From: Fistulifera solaris
Taxonomy: Eukaryota
DNA length: 64,000 bases
Assembly: GCA_030295235.1 (NCBI GenBank)
Contig: AP026124.1
Location: 1,178,001 to 1,242,000, forward strand
Direction of reading: 5' to 3'
This document shows, one piece after another, positions 62,581 through 64,000 of the stretch. The translations under genes and the position numbers were made by a program. A model generated the notes under the pieces. The model was not told where the DNA came from. It worked only from the letters and a program-made list of their open reading frames with translations, and ran no database searches. The number at the start of each line of letters is the position of its first letter. The stretch's first letter is position 1.

Positions 62581-63661
62581 ATGATCATTGGTAAACTTGC
62601 GCCTTTATTTAGGGTCTTAATACTCCTATTAGCTGCTGAAATGAATCATGTCACTGGGTTCACCGCTCTCGTCACCGGCGCCAACGGATATATTGGAAGA
62701 GCAGTAGTCCACGAATTGATTCAATCGGAAGCTTTCAGCGATATTTTGTGTTTAGTCCGATCACCACATGTATCTTTCGAACGGGAGCTTTGGTCGAGCT
62801 CTTCAAAAGTACGTGTTCTCTCTTACGATATGTTGGACGGAGGCGAGTCTTTGCGACACAGTTTGCAAACTTGCCGAGAGGGCGATGAGCGATGCGTGTT
62901 TCATGTGGCCTCCGTCTTCGGACCGACCAAAGACCACAAACAAACCGCACTGGATAATGTGAAAGGCACCGAAGACGTCGTTCGGGTACTGTCGGAACAA
63001 CAAGAAAAGTGCAAATTAATATTGACATCGTCCATGGCGGCAGTTAGGGGCACAGGTCAGGAGCCTGCCAACGGAGAGTACTACACGCATCATGATTGGA
63101 ACAGCATAAGTGAGCTGGGGAAGAACTGGGGGTCTTCGTATCAATGGAGTAAAATGGAGTCGGAACGACGAGCAAAGAAAACTTTGTGATATGCATGATA
63201 TCCCCCTCGTTGTCTTAAATCCTTCTTTTGTGTTCGGGCCGACCAACGAGAATAGCATGAGCTCGTCCTATTCCCTAGATCTCGTTGGACAATGGGCGCG
63301 AGGAGAGTCGCCCGTTCAAAGTCGCTTGTTCGTAGACGTACGTGATGTTGCAAAGGCCCACATCAAGGCAGCCGTTCGATCCGACTCGGCTGGGAAACGA
63401 TTCATCGTTTCTACAGAAGCAAGAGTCCCCAGCCGGGAAATTGCTGGTTGGCTGAAAGAAGTGGCAATACAGACGGGGCTGGTCGATCCAGAGAAGATAC
63501 ATTTTGACGGGGACTTTGACGGAGGTGCCATTCCAATAGGGTCAAAAGAAGTTGATGCTGCCAAGAGATTGTATGAGGAACTGGGAGTGGAGTTACGGCC
63601 AGTAAAACAAACTATTACTGAAATGGCATTTGCGTTGCTACAAGTAAAAACGAAAGTTTAA
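62581..63661 (+). CDS. NAD-dependent epimerase/dehydratase (DFR/CCR-like extended SDR)
   Basis: LVTGANGYIG, VFHVAS, LTSSMAAV, YQWSK, NPSFVFGP, VDVRDVAKAH; extra A at ~63180. Confidence 0.9.
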
Positions 63662-63675
63662 TGCTCATTCATCCT

Positions 63676-64000
63676 TCAGTCTCTTTGGCTAGCCGACGAA
63701 GTGAATGTTCGATCGACTGTAGTAACCATCAACTCGCGCAACAGACTCGTCGCATAGCATCCTCGAGGTAATTCAAATGACAGTGTAACGACTTTGATGC
63801 TTTCATCTGTATCTTTTTCTCTTATTTCAAACTTCAGGTCATCACATTTCGCCAGTACATGCCGATAGCCACCCTTTGGCAGCGATTCGCTAGGAGCAGT
63901 GTTCGAAAACGAGATGCCGTCCTTCATCAAAATCTCTTCATATGTGGAGCGCACAGCATTTTGCGGGAATACAGTAGTTGTGCCCACCAACGGAAGGACA
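63676..64000 (-). CDS. C-terminal end of a TruD/Pus7-family pseudouridine synthase (partial)
   Basis: LPKGGYRHVL...LSFELPRGCYATSLLREL. Confidence 0.88.
   Translation of the reverse strand, partial: VLPLVGTTTVFPQNAVRSTYEEILMKDGISFSNTAPSESLPKGGYRHVLAKCDDLKFEIREKDTDESIKVVTLSFELPRGCYATSLLRELMVTTVDRTFTSSASQRD

Noticed and set aside
826..63661. Programmed ribosomal frameshifting (Euplotes-like) or mass pseudogenisation
   Set aside because: Indels occur in both directions, share no slippery-site-plus-stop consensus and fall in homopolymers; genes show no in-frame nonsense decay.
1..64000. tRNA, rRNA or snRNA genes
   Set aside because: No cloverleaf or conserved RNA-gene signature recognised by eye; a tRNAscan-SE/Infernal run would be needed to exclude them.

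Overview
Gene-dense eukaryotic nuclear DNA, most likely from a diatom. This is inferred from short GT-AG introns, bipartite signal+'AF' plastid presequences, a light-dependent POR and stramenopile-type genes. About 31 protein-coding loci are recognisable: Nop9-like (partial), CBP/p300 HAT, a dual-specificity phosphatase, Aurora kinase, three EGF-repeat membrane proteins, SNX1/Vps5, POR, a VAMP7-like SNARE, DUF2997, DnaJ, DUF6817-like, a DegT-family aminotransferase, AP-2 alpha, NOL10, two tandem PHGDH genes, RibD-C reductase, a metallophosphoesterase, a prephenate/arogenate dehydratase-dehydrogenase fusion, a nuclear-encoded Cox1 C-terminal piece, RNase H, an SDR epimerase and TruD/Pus7 (partial). 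About 20 single-base frameshifts, mostly in homopolymer runs, break many genes and are most likely assembly errors. The most notable observations are: a palindromic TACC(W)GGTA motif confined to intergenic/upstream regions; the split Cox1-c gene; the Phe/Tyr branch-point enzyme fusion; a ~600-aa acidic insert in the HAT domain; and an EGF receptor-like family sharing one intron position. No CRISPR array, rRNA, tRNA or intact transposon was seen. All product calls are from motif recognition, not database searches.
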